Positions 19,554 to 30,011 of a stretch of DNA of 64,000 nucleotides are shown in pieces (the first letter of the stretch is position 1; every line of letters begins with the position of its first letter). The stretch spans positions 1,248,001-1,312,000 of the forward strand of contig CAVRVY010000004.1 in NCBI GenBank assembly GCA_963724765.1. The letters run 5' to 3'. Below the pieces are notes generated by a model that was given only the letters and a program-made list of their open reading frames with translations, was not told the origin of the DNA and did not search any database. A program made the translations under genes and the position numbers. Source of the DNA: an uncultured delta proteobacterium (lineage in GTDB: Bacteria > Desulfobacterota > Binatia > Binatales > Binataceae).

Positions 19554-22186
19554 ATGAACACGCTTATAGAGAGGTTGCGATCAGAAGTCGCGGACTGGCG
19601 TTCGGCAAACTTCCCGCATGGCGAATATCCCGCTATTTCTGAGGTATTCGAATGGGCGGCGGAGCCGGAAGGAGCTGGTTTTCACCTGAGGATTCCACAG
19701 CTTCGCGCCCTCGAAGTCTACTGGCTTCTCCGCCTGATCAAGGGCACTCCGAAGATTGCCGATCTATACAAGAGTTATTTCCCAATCCGTGAAGATCCCG
19801 ATGGATTCCTGAAGGCGCTCAACATCTCCGACGCGGCATTCAGGGCATCGAAGTACGACTTCGACGTACTCTGGGAAAACATCGCCATCAACGATGATTT
19901 CGTCCGTGAGCATAGCCTACAGGCCCTCCGCGAGACGCTCGGCCTAGGATATCCAAGTTACATCCTGGCGCTGGCGATGGGTGCAGGCAAAACAGCGCTC
20001 ATAGGTGCCATCATCGCAACCGAGTTCGCGATGGCCCTCGAATACCCTGATAGTCCGTTCGTGCAAAACGCCCTCGTTTTCGCGCCCGGAACCACAATTC
20101 TTGGTGCGCTCCGCGACCTTGCCGCCGTTCCGTATGAGCGTATTCTCCCGCCGCGGCTATTCAAGCAGTTCGCCGCGACGGTGAAACTCATCTTCACACG
20201 CGACGGCGAGCGCGACATCCCCATCATTAAGGGCAGTTGCTTCAACGTCGTGGTCACAAACACTGAGAAAATCCGCATCCAAAAGGACACAATCCGCAAG
20301 AGTGATATCGGCAGGCTGTTGAATCCGAGGAAGGAAGATGAAGCTCGCGCGGAAGTCGCCAACCTCCGCCTGCAATCAATAGCCAGTCTCCCGCATCTCG
20401 GCGTCTTTTCCGACGAAGCGCACCACACGTACGGACAAGCGCTCGACACAGAGCTCAAAAAGGTGCGCAAAACCGTGGACTACCTCCACTCGCATAGTCC
20501 GAATCTCGTTTGCGTCGTCAACACCACCGGCACGCCGTACTTCAAGCGACAGCCGCTCCGCGATGTGGTCGTCTGGTATGGGCTCTCGCAAGGCATTGCT
20601 GACAACATCCTGAAGACGGTCGGCAATAATATTTACGCCTACAACTTCGATGGCGACGCGAGACAACTGTTGGGGCAAATCGTCGAAGATTTTTTTGAGA
20701 GGTACCACAACGTTACTCTCCAGGACGGTTCTCAGGCGAAGCTCGCCATTTATTTTCCACAAACCAACGACCTCCGTGAGCTTCGCCCGGCAGCCCGGCA
20801 GTCGAGGCGAAGCTTATCGAACTAGGTCTGTCCACCGAGCTCGTCATGGAGCGCCACAGCACTTCTGGAATCGCCGAAAGAAACGCTTTCGAACGTATCA
20901 ACGATCCCGTCTCACCCCATCGCATCATTCTGCTCGTAAACATGGGAACTGAGGGCTGGAACGTGCCAAGCCTCTTTGCCTGCGCGCTCGCCCGAAAGTT
21001 GAAGACGTCCAACAACTTCGTCTTACAGGCCGCCTCGCGCTGTCTAAGGCAGGTTGCGGGGAACGTCGTGCCCGCATCAATCTACCTATCTACAGATAAC
21101 CAGCGCACGCTGGACAAAGAACTCCACGAGACCTACGGCGAGTCGCTCGAAGACCTACGCCGTAAGCAAAGCAACAGTCGGGCCGCCACAATCACTGTAC
21201 GCAAGCTCAAGATTCCTCCGCTCGTAGTCCGCCAGCTCGTCCGCACCGTTGTCCGAAAGGAAACGACCAGCGCGACCGCTTTCGCATTTACGAAGCCGGA
21301 AACGGAAGCTGGGCCGAAGCTTGAACGCCTCACTTTCGCTATCGCTCAGCAATCCGCCACTCGTGCCCTGCTCAAGCAGACCGGAGACACACTCACGATA
21401 GAGGCCGAGCCGGATACCGTCGACCTGTACACAGCCGCTACTGAAATGTCCGCCATCTACCGGCTGGAACCATGGATTGTGCTGGAGGAGCTCCGCCGTG
21501 TTTGTGGCAGAGCGGATGAACTGCCACTTGTGCAACTTGCGGGTTTGAGCGCGCAAATAGAAGCGCAGTTCTCCGAATACGAGGTTAAAGAGGAGCTTGT
21601 CGAGCGTGCCCTCGCGCTCATAAAGCCGAACGGCTTCACCCTGTCGCTCGACGCGACCGGCGCGGAGACCTACACAGCTGAAATCCGCTATCCGGTAGAC
21701 CGCGAAAAGCTAATCGCCCACTTCACCGAATGGCGATGTCGCAATGAAGGACGATCCGCTGCGTTCGGCTTCCACTACAGTCCCTACAACTTTGACTCGA
21801 ATCCTGAACTAAGCTTTTTCGAGACGCTGTTCGACCATCTCAGCCTTCAGCCGCACCATGTGGAGGATATCTACTTTACTGGAGCCATCACGGACCCGCG
21901 CAAATCGGATTTCTTTGTCGAGTATCTCGGTGAAGATGACCGCTGGCACCGGTATACACCCGATTTCGTCATCCGCCGCAAAGATGGTCGCTGTCTCATC
22001 GTCGAAATCAAGGGGGACAATATGCGCTCACATCCAGTTAACGGCGTGAATGGCAGGAAGGCGGTCGCCGTTCGTCAATGGGAGAAGTTGAACCCGGACA
22101 AACTCCGTTACCAGATGATTTTCGTGAAGGATGACGTACTCACCCGCGAAGACAGTGCTGACGCCCGCAAATTCGCAGGGGACTGA
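19554..22186 (+). pseudogene. Type III-like restriction (Res) DEAD-box helicase/endonuclease, frameshifted by 8-bp duplication at 20785-20800
   Basis: LAMGAGKT, SDEAHH, EGWNVP, LQAASRCLR, C-terminal YTPDF..LIVEIKG; removing one GCCCGGCA restores ELRPAVEAKLIELGLSTELVMERH. Confidence 0.88.
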
Positions 22187-23887
22187 AGAATGTCCACCTA
22201 CGATAAAACCAGGGCTAAGGATTCCTCGGCAACTCGGCCGAAAGTCGCGAAGTCCGCAATTACGCCCGGCAAAGTGGATAAGAGCAAGAGAGTCGTCCGT
22301 AAAGCTGCAGAAGCGGAGCCCACTACTGTCGAAACCAAGCAGGTGAACATCGCGAGAGCTAAAGGCCGCCCAATGCTCTCCTGGGTGGGCAAACGCCCCC
22401 TCCGAGCCGTTACCACTTTTCCGGCCCAGCTCGTCGAGACCTTTACCCCGCAGGGGGCGGACAAGTCGAACACGGCAGACGTGACAATCTGGAAAGATTG
22501 GCCGGAAGCGTACCCGCGTGGAGGTTTACTCTTCCACGGCGACAATAAAGAGGTGCTTGCGCATCTACTCGCCAGTGGGCTTCGCGGCAAGGTGAGTCTA
22601 ATCTATATTGATCCACCTTTCGACAGCGGCGCTGATTACGTGCGCAAAGTGCAACTCAGAGGCCCAAGAGGAAACGCAAAGCTTGAAGGGGAGACGTACT
22701 CACTCGGCGAGCAACTCCAATACAGCGACATTTGGGCCAATGACAACTATCTTCAGTTTATGTATGAGCGACTGCTGATGATGAAGGAGCTGCTGGCCGC
22801 TAACGGCAGCATCTACCTACACTGCGACAATCGAAAGGGTCATCACCTCCGATGCCTTCTCGATGAGGTTTTCGGGTCGGAAGCAATCGTCAACGAGATC
22901 ATCTGGAGAAGCACGACCTTTACAGGAAGCAGCAAAGCCATCGCGAACCGCTATCCGACCGACCACAACACCATTTATTGGTACCACAAGGGCGACGCAT
23001 ACGTCTTCAATAAGGTTCGAGAAGCCTACAAGGAGGAATACCTAGCGAGATTTACGAACCCAGACCAGGATCTGCGAGGTCCTTGGCAAAGCGTATCGCT
23101 GAAGACGTTCTCGACAGAGACCTTTGAACGTCTCAAGGCAGAGAAACGTCTGATTTCGCCTCAGCGCTATGGAGCCGGATGGAGATTCAAATTCTACCTG
23201 AGTGAGGCCAAAGGCAAAGCTGTAGAAACTTTGTGGCTGAACTTGGAAAGTACGCCCACCGCCGTCGAAGCACGAGGCTATGTACCCGATGCTGGAGCTT
23301 TGATCCCTTCGATTTGGTTGGACATTAACATGGCGAACTCCATGGCGGACGAACGGACGGGTTATCCGACCGAGAAGCCCGAGGAACTGCTGTCCCGCGT
23401 TATCGAAGCGTCCTCAAACCCGGGCGACTTAGTGCTCGACTGCTTTCTTGGCTCGGGCACGACGGCTGCCGTAGCACAAAGGCTGGGCCGTCGTTGGATT
23501 GGTTGCGACATCAACAAAGGTGCAATACAGACCACGACTGAGCGCTTGCAACTGACTATCGCTGAACAGCTCGCTTCCACTCGGTCCGCAACTCAGCAAC
23601 AAAACTTGCTTCCGGACGATACGCCTAACCCCGCGCGGCCCGCGCAATTCGGCTTCGCGGTGTACCGTGTCAACGACTATGACCTTGCCATTCAGCTCAG
23701 CGAAGCCGTAAACCTAGCGTGTGAGCACATCGGTGTCACACGCACGCTTAGTGATGCATTCTTCGATGGCACGCTCGGGGGCAAGCTCGTAAAAATTGTT
23801 CCTTTTGGCCATCCACTTTCAGCTGCCGATTTGGAGGACATGAAGCGGGAACTCGACGCCCGCGCCAACGAATCACGTGATGTACTA

Positions 23888-25037
23888 GTATTGTGTCCCA
23901 CAAATAACTTTACAGGAGTGAGGCCCATCTGCTATGGTCCGGTGGAGGTTGAATGGGATGGGCAGGCCGAATGCAGCCTTGATGATTACTCAGTCGGAGC
24001 GGTCGCAACTGCGCTCGATCGTGCGTTCGCGCAGCCTGCCGCATTCGTTGGTGCGGCGCGCACAGATCGTGCTGCTGTCGGCCGCTGGCGCCGCCAACAG
24101 AGAGGTCGCCAGGCGCTGCGGGGTTAGTGCTCCGGTGGTCAGTCTGTGGCGCCAGCGTTATCAGCAACGCGGCATCGCCGGGCTGCACGCGGAACTTCGT
24201 CCGGGCCGACCGCGCAGCCATAGCGACGAACAGGTAGCGGGCTTGCTGCGCAAGGTACTGCACAGCAAGCCCGCCGTCGCCACCCACTGGAGCGTGCGCA
24301 GCGTGGCGGCGCATACTGGCATCTCCAAGAGCACGGTCGCGCGCTACTTCGCGCTGTTCGGCCTGCAACCACATCGGAGCAAGAGCTTTAAGCTGTCCAC
24401 CGACCCGTTCTTCGTCGAAAAGGTCCGCGACATCGTTGGGCTTTATCTTAATCCGCCGGACAACGCGCTGGTATTGTGCGTGGATGAGAAGAGCCAGGTG
24501 CAGGCCTTGGAGCGCACCCAACCAGTGCTGCCAATGGGGCTCGGTTATGTCGAGGGAGTGACTCACGATTACTATCGTCACGGCACTACCACGCTCTTCG
24601 CGGCACTGGACATCGTCGACGGCGGGGTCATCTCCCAGTGCAAGCCGCGCCATCGCCACCAGGAATTCCTGAGCTTTTTGAAACATCTCGATGCTAATAT
24701 GCCGGCCGATCTTGAACTGCACCTGATCGCCGACAACTACGCGACTCACAAGCATCCCAAAGTCAGAGCGTGGCTCGCCAGCCATCCGCGCTTTCACCTT
24801 CACTTCACGCCCACCTACTCAAGCTGGCTCAACCAGATCGAGCGCTGGTTCGCGCTTATCACCCAGCAAGCGATTCGCCGCGGCTCGTTCCGCAACGTCC
24901 GGGAACTGGTGGGGAAGATCGACGCCTACGTGGCTCATTACAATGCCCACAAGCGGCCCTTCGTCTGGACTGCCACCGCCGACTCGATATTCAACAAACT
25001 CCAGCGCATCTGTAAACTTATTAATGGGACACAACAC
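23888..25037 (+). mobile_element. IS630-family insertion sequence (~1.15 kb) in CTAG target, TA duplicated
   Basis: Ends GTATTGTGTCCCACAAATAA / reverse complement GTGTTGTGTCCCATTAATAA; TA at 23886-87 and 25038-39. Confidence 0.93.
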
Positions 25038-25040
25038 TAG
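23958..25040 (+). CDS. IS630 transposase
   Basis: HTH N-terminus; CVDEKSQVQALER, DNYATHK, SWLNQIERWF (DDE); stop uses the duplicated TA. Confidence 0.95.
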   Translation: MGRPNAALMITQSERSQLRSIVRSRSLPHSLVRRAQIVLLSAAGAANREVARRCGVSAPVVSLWRQRYQQRGIAGLHAELRPGRPRSHSDEQVAGLLRKVLHSKPAVATHWSVRSVAAHTGISKSTVARYFALFGLQPHRSKSFKLSTDPFFVEKVRDIVGLYLNPPDNALVLCVDEKSQVQALERTQPVLPMGLGYVEGVTHDYYRHGTTTLFAALDIVDGGVISQCKPRHRHQEFLSFLKHLDANMPADLELHLIADNYATHKHPKVRAWLASHPRFHLHFTPTYSSWLNQIERWFALITQQAIRRGSFRNVRELVGKIDAYVAHYNAHKRPFVWTATADSIFNKLQRICKLINGTQH

Positions 25041-25719
25041 CAGTGTGCGTCGGCAAGGAACTGGGCGTAGACGGTTGGCTAGCCGATTGGAATCGGTTGC
25101 GCAAACAAGGCGACACGCCTAATAAAATCGAAGTCATCGAACTCCGCACCGACCCGAGATATGGCAAGTTCATCGCACACCAGCCCGCCCAAGCCCGCCT
25201 CGCCATTCGTCGACTCAAAGCGAAGGACGGCGACAAAATCGTGGTCGAAATACAGGATTTCATTTCACCCACCGTTGTGGAACGACTACAGGCGCAGAGC
25301 GGTGTGCTCGCACCAAAAATCTCAGATTGGCGAGCGATGGTGGACAGCGTGATGATTGACCCAAGCCACAACGGCCAAGTTTTCAATATCGGTTTCTCCG
25401 ACATTCCCCAGCACAAGCAGGACTATGTGCAAGGCCGCTACGAACTGCCTGCGCCTGTCGGTGAGAAGACCACGGTCGCCGTTAAACTGACCGACACGCT
25501 CGGCGAGGAAGTCATCGTCACAAACGAGGTCTGAAGCTGGAAAGCAAAGGGGCCGCTACTGGTGCCATGCTGGAACCATAGAGGGACGCACAGCACTGTA
25601 TTCTGATGATCTCGCAGTTAAAGCGACGAGCGATTTTCGCCAAAATTCCTAGGGTCGGTGTCTTGTGGGTCGTCCGATTAAGACTGGAGCTTGATTCGTA
25701 ATCTCTGGGTGACGCGCGG

Positions 25720-26088
25720 GCGCGCTCTGGGGTCGAGGCGTCGTATTGCTCGATTCATTTGTTGAGCTTGCTGAGCCAGTGCTCTGGCTGTGTCCTTCGG
25801 TGACTTCAACGGTTCGTTGGACTCCAACGAGGCGATGCTAGAATGCATCCCATGAAGAGGGCCGTACGCGAGTCGCGTTATCGATCTTGTGAGGTTGGAC
25901 GGCTTTTGCAGGAAGGCCAGAAAATCGGAATCACCAAACGCGGACGCGTCATCGCGGGGCTGTTGCCGGCCAGCCCTGCCATGTCCCGGCGTCGCCGATT
26001 TTCTCGCGGGTCTGCGATCGATCTTCGGCGCCAAAACGCTCAAGGTGAGAGCGCAAAATTACTGACCAAGGAGCGCGATCGCTATTAA
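25720..26088 (+). pseudogene. Remnants of PIN-like toxin and Phd/YefM-like antitoxin
   Basis: LLDSFVELAEPV...NEAMLEC resembles PIN-family toxins; EGQKIGITKRGRVIAGLLP resembles the Phd/YefM core; no intact starts. Confidence 0.4.
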
Positions 26089-26094
26089 GCGCAT

Positions 26095-26862
26095 ATGGAG
26101 ACGAGCGGCACACTTGAGATTGCGCGGCTGGGAACGGTCGATTATGAATCCGCGCTCGCGCTGCAGGACACGCTGGTGGCGGCGCGCCGCGACGATTTGA
26201 TCGGCGATACGCTGCTTATGCTCGAGCATCCGCACGTCTTCACCCTGGGCCGCGGCGCCGACGCTCGCTACCTGCTCGAAGCGCGGCCGGGAGTCGCGGT
26301 GTTTCGGGTCTCGCGCGGCGGCCAGGTCACCTATCATGGCCCGGGACAACTGGTCGGCTATCCGATCCTGAAACTTCAAGGGCACGACCGCGACATCCAT
26401 CTCTATTTGCGCAGGATCGAACAGACGATGATCGACGCGCTGGCTAAACTGGGGATCGCAGCGGGACGGCGTGCCGGCCTTACCGGCGTATGGGTGGGTG
26501 AGCGCAAAATCGGCTCGATCGGCGTCGGCCTGCGGCGCTGGATAACGCTCCACGGCTTCGCGCTCAACGTGTGCACCGACCTCGAGTATTTCGGCGCGAT
26601 CGTGCCGTGTGGAATCGCGGAAGTCGAGATGACCTCGATCAAACTTGAACTTGACCGCGAACTCGGGCGTGAAATTGGGCCCGAAACCAGCGACTGCGAG
26701 ATCGCTGCGCAACCGGACCTCGGCGCAGAGGCGGCCGCCGCAGTCGAGCAATGCTTCGCCGCGGTTCTCGGCTACGAGCGTACCGCCATCGCCGATGTTG
26801 CAGCGCTGTGGGCGCGCGTTGACCCGGTCGCCGCCGACTGCGAAGCTCAGATTCGTATATGA
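26095..26862 (+). CDS. lipB: Lipoyl(octanoyl) transferase
   Basis: LEHPHVFTLG, RGGQVTYHGPGQLVGYP, KIGSIG, HGFALN, IVPCG. Confidence 0.95.
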   Translation: METSGTLEIARLGTVDYESALALQDTLVAARRDDLIGDTLLMLEHPHVFTLGRGADARYLLEARPGVAVFRVSRGGQVTYHGPGQLVGYPILKLQGHDRDIHLYLRRIEQTMIDALAKLGIAAGRRAGLTGVWVGERKIGSIGVGLRRWITLHGFALNVCTDLEYFGAIVPCGIAEVEMTSIKLELDRELGREIGPETSDCEIAAQPDLGAEAAAAVEQCFAAVLGYERTAIADVAALWARVDPVAADCEAQIRI

Positions 26863-27722
26863 CCGAGCGCAGACATCCAGACTGGATCAAGGTGCGAGCG
26901 CCGACCTCGCCCGAGTACTTCCGCACCAAAGCCTTGCTGGCGGAGTTGCGGCTCCATACGGTCTGCCAGGAGGCGTGCTGCCCGAATATCGGCGAGTGCT
27001 TCTCGCATCGCACGGCGACCTTCATGCTGATGGGCGACGTGTGCACGCGTAATTGCCCCTATTGCGCGGTGGCTCATGGCAAGGTGCGTCCGCTCGATCC
27101 CGACGAGCCGCGGCGTATCGCCGAGGCGGTCGCGCGCCTGGGCCTGGACCACGTGGTCGTCACGTCGGTCGATCGCGACGATCTGCCCGACGGCGGCGCG
27201 TCTCATTTCGCCGAGACCGCCGGCGCGATCAAGCAGCTTCGACCGGCCACTCGAGTCGAAGTGCTGGTGCCCGACTTCAAGGGATCGTGTTCGGCGGTCG
27301 AAACCGTGGTCGGAGCGCCGGTCGCAATCTTCAATCACAATATCGAGACTGTACCGAGCCTATACCGCAAGGCCCGGCCCGGGGGAAACTATCGCCGCTC
27401 GCTTGACGTGCTGGCGCACGCCAGGGATTTCGGCAACGCCGGTAGCCGCGAGCTCCTGACCAAGGCGGGCATCATGCTCGGCCTGGGCGAAGAAACGGCC
27501 GAAGTTGAAAGCGTGCTGCGTGACCTGCGCGCAACAGGATGTGACATCCTGACCCTCGGCCAATATCTGCGCCCCTCCCGCGACCATCTGCCGGTCGAGC
27601 GCTACGTGACCCCGGCCGAATTCGCCGAGCTTAAGTCCGTGGCGATGGCGATGGGCTTTCGCCACGTCGAGTCCGGACCGCTGGTCCGTAGCTCCTACCA
27701 CGCCTGGGAGCATGTGAATTAG
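26859..27722 (+). CDS. lipA: Lipoyl synthase
   Basis: CQEACCPNIGEC, CTRNCPYC, RSSYHA. Confidence 0.97.
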   Translation: MTERRHPDWIKVRAPTSPEYFRTKALLAELRLHTVCQEACCPNIGECFSHRTATFMLMGDVCTRNCPYCAVAHGKVRPLDPDEPRRIAEAVARLGLDHVVVTSVDRDDLPDGGASHFAETAGAIKQLRPATRVEVLVPDFKGSCSAVETVVGAPVAIFNHNIETVPSLYRKARPGGNYRRSLDVLAHARDFGNAGSRELLTKAGIMLGLGEETAEVESVLRDLRATGCDILTLGQYLRPSRDHLPVERYVTPAEFAELKSVAMAMGFRHVESGPLVRSSYHAWEHVN

Positions 27723-28014
27723 ACTGCTGTCCGACTTTCCTTTGCCGTCCCTGCTCTCCAGACTCTGATTTCACAGCGATGCTGCTGGGCCGCATCCCCT
27801 CGTTGCGCCACCGCAACATCGAGCGGCTTCATAGCGATCTTGTCGGTGCCGGCGTCTGATAATTAGGGAAAGCATTAGCACCCCTTACCATCATTTGTTC
27901 CTTTTTCTTCTCAGAGTGATTAGATATTTTTAATGAGCATATCAGATGTTATACATCATTTATTACTCTTAATTAGGCGCTAGACTAGAACGGGCCTTAG
28001 ATGATTCGTCTAGA

Positions 28015-28030
28015 CGGAACGTGTTTTGCG
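28015..28030 (+). promoter_or_regulatory. Putative sigma54 promoter
   Basis: CGGAACGTGTTTTGCG = GG-N10-GC, near consensus TGGCACG-N4-TTGC; preceded by ~150 bp AT-rich DNA. Confidence 0.55.
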
Positions 28031-28069
28031 TAACAGCAGAAGCACCCCGCGGGGGAATGCCGGAGGACC

Positions 28070-28801
28070 ATGAATCTAAAACTCGAAGAGCTAAGGAAGC
28101 GTCTGCTCGATCCGACGGCAACGGCCACGCCACCGCCTCCGACTGAGACGATTTACAAGCGCAGCGCTGACACGATTAGCCCGCCGGAGTCTCCGGTGGT
28201 CATCAACGGCATGGACGCCGCCGAGCGAAGGAGCACGCCCTTGCGGGAGACACAGCAAACCACGGCACAGCCGGACTCACTGGCCAGCACGGTTCTCCAG
28301 TACGTCGGCGAAACCGCCGATTCGGGCACATCGCGCTACCAGTTGGCGCAGGCGGTAACCAAGGTCTTTGACTCGACAAGGCAATATCAGGAACGGCTGG
28401 CCGATCTGGCCAAGTCCTTCGACACCATCGAGCAGACCGCGCAGTCGGCCGCGCGCGCCTTCGAGCCGATCCGTGCCTTCCGCGAGCAGATGGAGAAACT
28501 GTCGAGCACCTTCGAGCCGATGCGCTCGTTCCAGGAACAACTTGGCACGCTCGCCGAATCGTTCGAGCCGATGAAGGCTCTGCACGAGCAAATAGCGATG
28601 CTGGCCGAGGCTTTTCAGATTAACCTTGCGCAGTTCGCGCGCTCGATGGAGCCTGCGAAGGTTTTCCAGATGCAGCTTGCCAAGCTGGCTAAGACCTTCG
28701 AAGCGGTGGAAGAATTGCAGGGCCAATTTCTCGAACTGTCAGAAACTTTTCGCGTTGCGTCGCATAGCAACGGCAGCAACGGCGCGATCGCTCGTAACTG
28801 A
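28070..28801 (+). CDS. Hypothetical protein with 17-residue amphipathic helical repeats
   Basis: GGAGG RBS; repeats FEPxxxFxEQLxxLxxx; normal codon usage. Confidence 0.8.
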   Translation: MNLKLEELRKRLLDPTATATPPPPTETIYKRSADTISPPESPVVINGMDAAERRSTPLRETQQTTAQPDSLASTVLQYVGETADSGTSRYQLAQAVTKVFDSTRQYQERLADLAKSFDTIEQTAQSAARAFEPIRAFREQMEKLSSTFEPMRSFQEQLGTLAESFEPMKALHEQIAMLAEAFQINLAQFARSMEPAKVFQMQLAKLAKTFEAVEELQGQFLELSETFRVASHSNGSNGAIARN

Positions 28802-28812
28802 GCATTTAAATC

Positions 28813-29128
28813 CGGCATCGCCGCCTGACGGGTGATGCCGCACTGGTCCGAAGAAAGGGGGGTTAACCCAGAGCCGCGCGGGCCGCGAGGCCCAACCGGC
28901 TTCTGGGGAAACCAAAGTGGGGGGACGCGAGGGCCGCGCTGGCCGCTCAAAAGAGCGGCTGGCGCGGCCCTCGCACGTCCGCGCTGCGCCTGTGACGGCG
29001 CATCGCAGGCTCGCAGCGCCGCGAAAGCGTAACGGGCGGGCCGCCTTCGGGCGGCCCGCCCGTTACGCTTTCGCGGCGGTTATGAGGGGGCGAGCGGATG
29101 CGGGCTCAAGCCCGCATCCGCTCGCCCC
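28813..29128 (+). ncRNA. Candidate structured RNA / 3' UTR: six consecutive hairpins
   Basis: Stems at 28813-840, 28861-913, 28927-974, 28981-29019, 29018-077 (28 bp perfect, cUUCGg loop), 29087-128 (19 bp perfect); G-U pairs favour the + strand. Confidence 0.45.
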
Positions 29129-29134
29129 GAAGCG

Positions 29135-29953
29135 TTACTGCGCCAGGCGCTTGAGCTCGGCAGTCCGCGTCTGCATGTAGGCATCCTGCACCGCGCCGTA
29201 CAGGTCGACCGCGTAGCGATCAGCCTCCTCGAACTGGTTGGGATGCAGCGAGCGGTAGTTCACCGCGTTGATCGCCTCCGACCCGACATCGGCCGGTATC
29301 GTCACGTACCACGGCAGCAGCCAGCTCATCGGGTTCATGCAACCATCGACCACCAGCCCGACCGTGTCGCGGACCGTCGAGGGTCCGATGAACGGCAGCA
29401 TCACGTACGGTCCCGAGTAGATTCCGTAATGGCCCAGGGTCAGGCCGAAATCGTCGTTATGCTGCTTCATCCCGAACCAGCTATCGGCGACATCGAAGAG
29501 TCCTGCGACACCGAGCGTGCTGTTGATCCCGAAGCGCGCGAGTTCGTTGGCCGCATAATAAACATGCAGCTGGAGTAGATTGTTGGCGAAGCGCGGGATG
29601 ACGTCGACGTTCCTGAAAAAGTTATTTACGCTCTGACGCGCGGGCTCGGGCAATACGTACGAGTAGCCCTTGGCGACTGGCGTAACCACATACTGGTCAA
29701 GGTTAATGTTGAAATTGAACATCGCCGAATTGAAGGGCTCCAGCGGGTCCGGGTATGGACCTCCCGACTCACCCGGCAGCGCCCGCTCGCCGGGCAGCTT
29801 GGGTGGAGCCGCCTGGTCCGCGCCCATCGCGGACTGGGCGAACGCGGTCGAAACCACCATCATAGTTGCCAGCGTCGCCGCCATGAGTAGACTGGCTAGC
29901 CTTTTGGCGCACTGTTTGGTCCGTATTCGTATAATTGGTTCGCTCACGGCCAC
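29135..29953 (-). CDS. mlaA: MlaA/VacJ family protein
   Basis: DPLEPFN..MFNFN, RFGINSTLGVAGLFD, DFGLTLG, GPYVMLPFIGPSTVRD. Confidence 0.92.
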   Translation of the reverse strand: MAVSEPIIRIRTKQCAKRLASLLMAATLATMMVVSTAFAQSAMGADQAAPPKLPGERALPGESGGPYPDPLEPFNSAMFNFNINLDQYVVTPVAKGYSYVLPEPARQSVNNFFRNVDVIPRFANNLLQLHVYYAANELARFGINSTLGVAGLFDVADSWFGMKQHNDDFGLTLGHYGIYSGPYVMLPFIGPSTVRDTVGLVVDGCMNPMSWLLPWYVTIPADVGSEAINAVNYRSLHPNQFEEADRYAVDLYGAVQDAYMQTRTAELKRLAQ

Positions 29954-30011
29954 GTTAACCTCCGCGCCGATCCGTCTGGGCCGGCGCTGCTCTCCCCCTG
30001 GATTACGGAGT

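Larger units (their letters stand above)
22190..25534 (+). pseudogene. Type III-like DNA methyltransferase (Mod), interrupted by IS630
   Basis: IYIDPPF, YPTEKPE, DCFLGSGTT; reading DVL|AVCVGKE is restored by removing the IS and one TA. Confidence 0.88.
19430..26090. mobile_element. Decayed defence island between lpdA and lipB
   Basis: Lower-GC RM genes, IS630 and TA remnants interrupt lpdA-lipB-lipA; boundaries approximate, no integrase seen. Confidence 0.55.

Noticed and set aside
23888-24127. C-terminus of the 645-aa Mod ORF
   Set aside because: Read-through into IS630; the true C-terminus is 25040-25534
25043-25534. Independent 163-aa gene
   Set aside because: In-frame remainder of Mod after the IS insertion
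29018-29128. Simple intrinsic terminators
   Set aside because: No U-tract on either strand, and stems are far longer and more numerous than needed; kept as part of the structured-RNA finding
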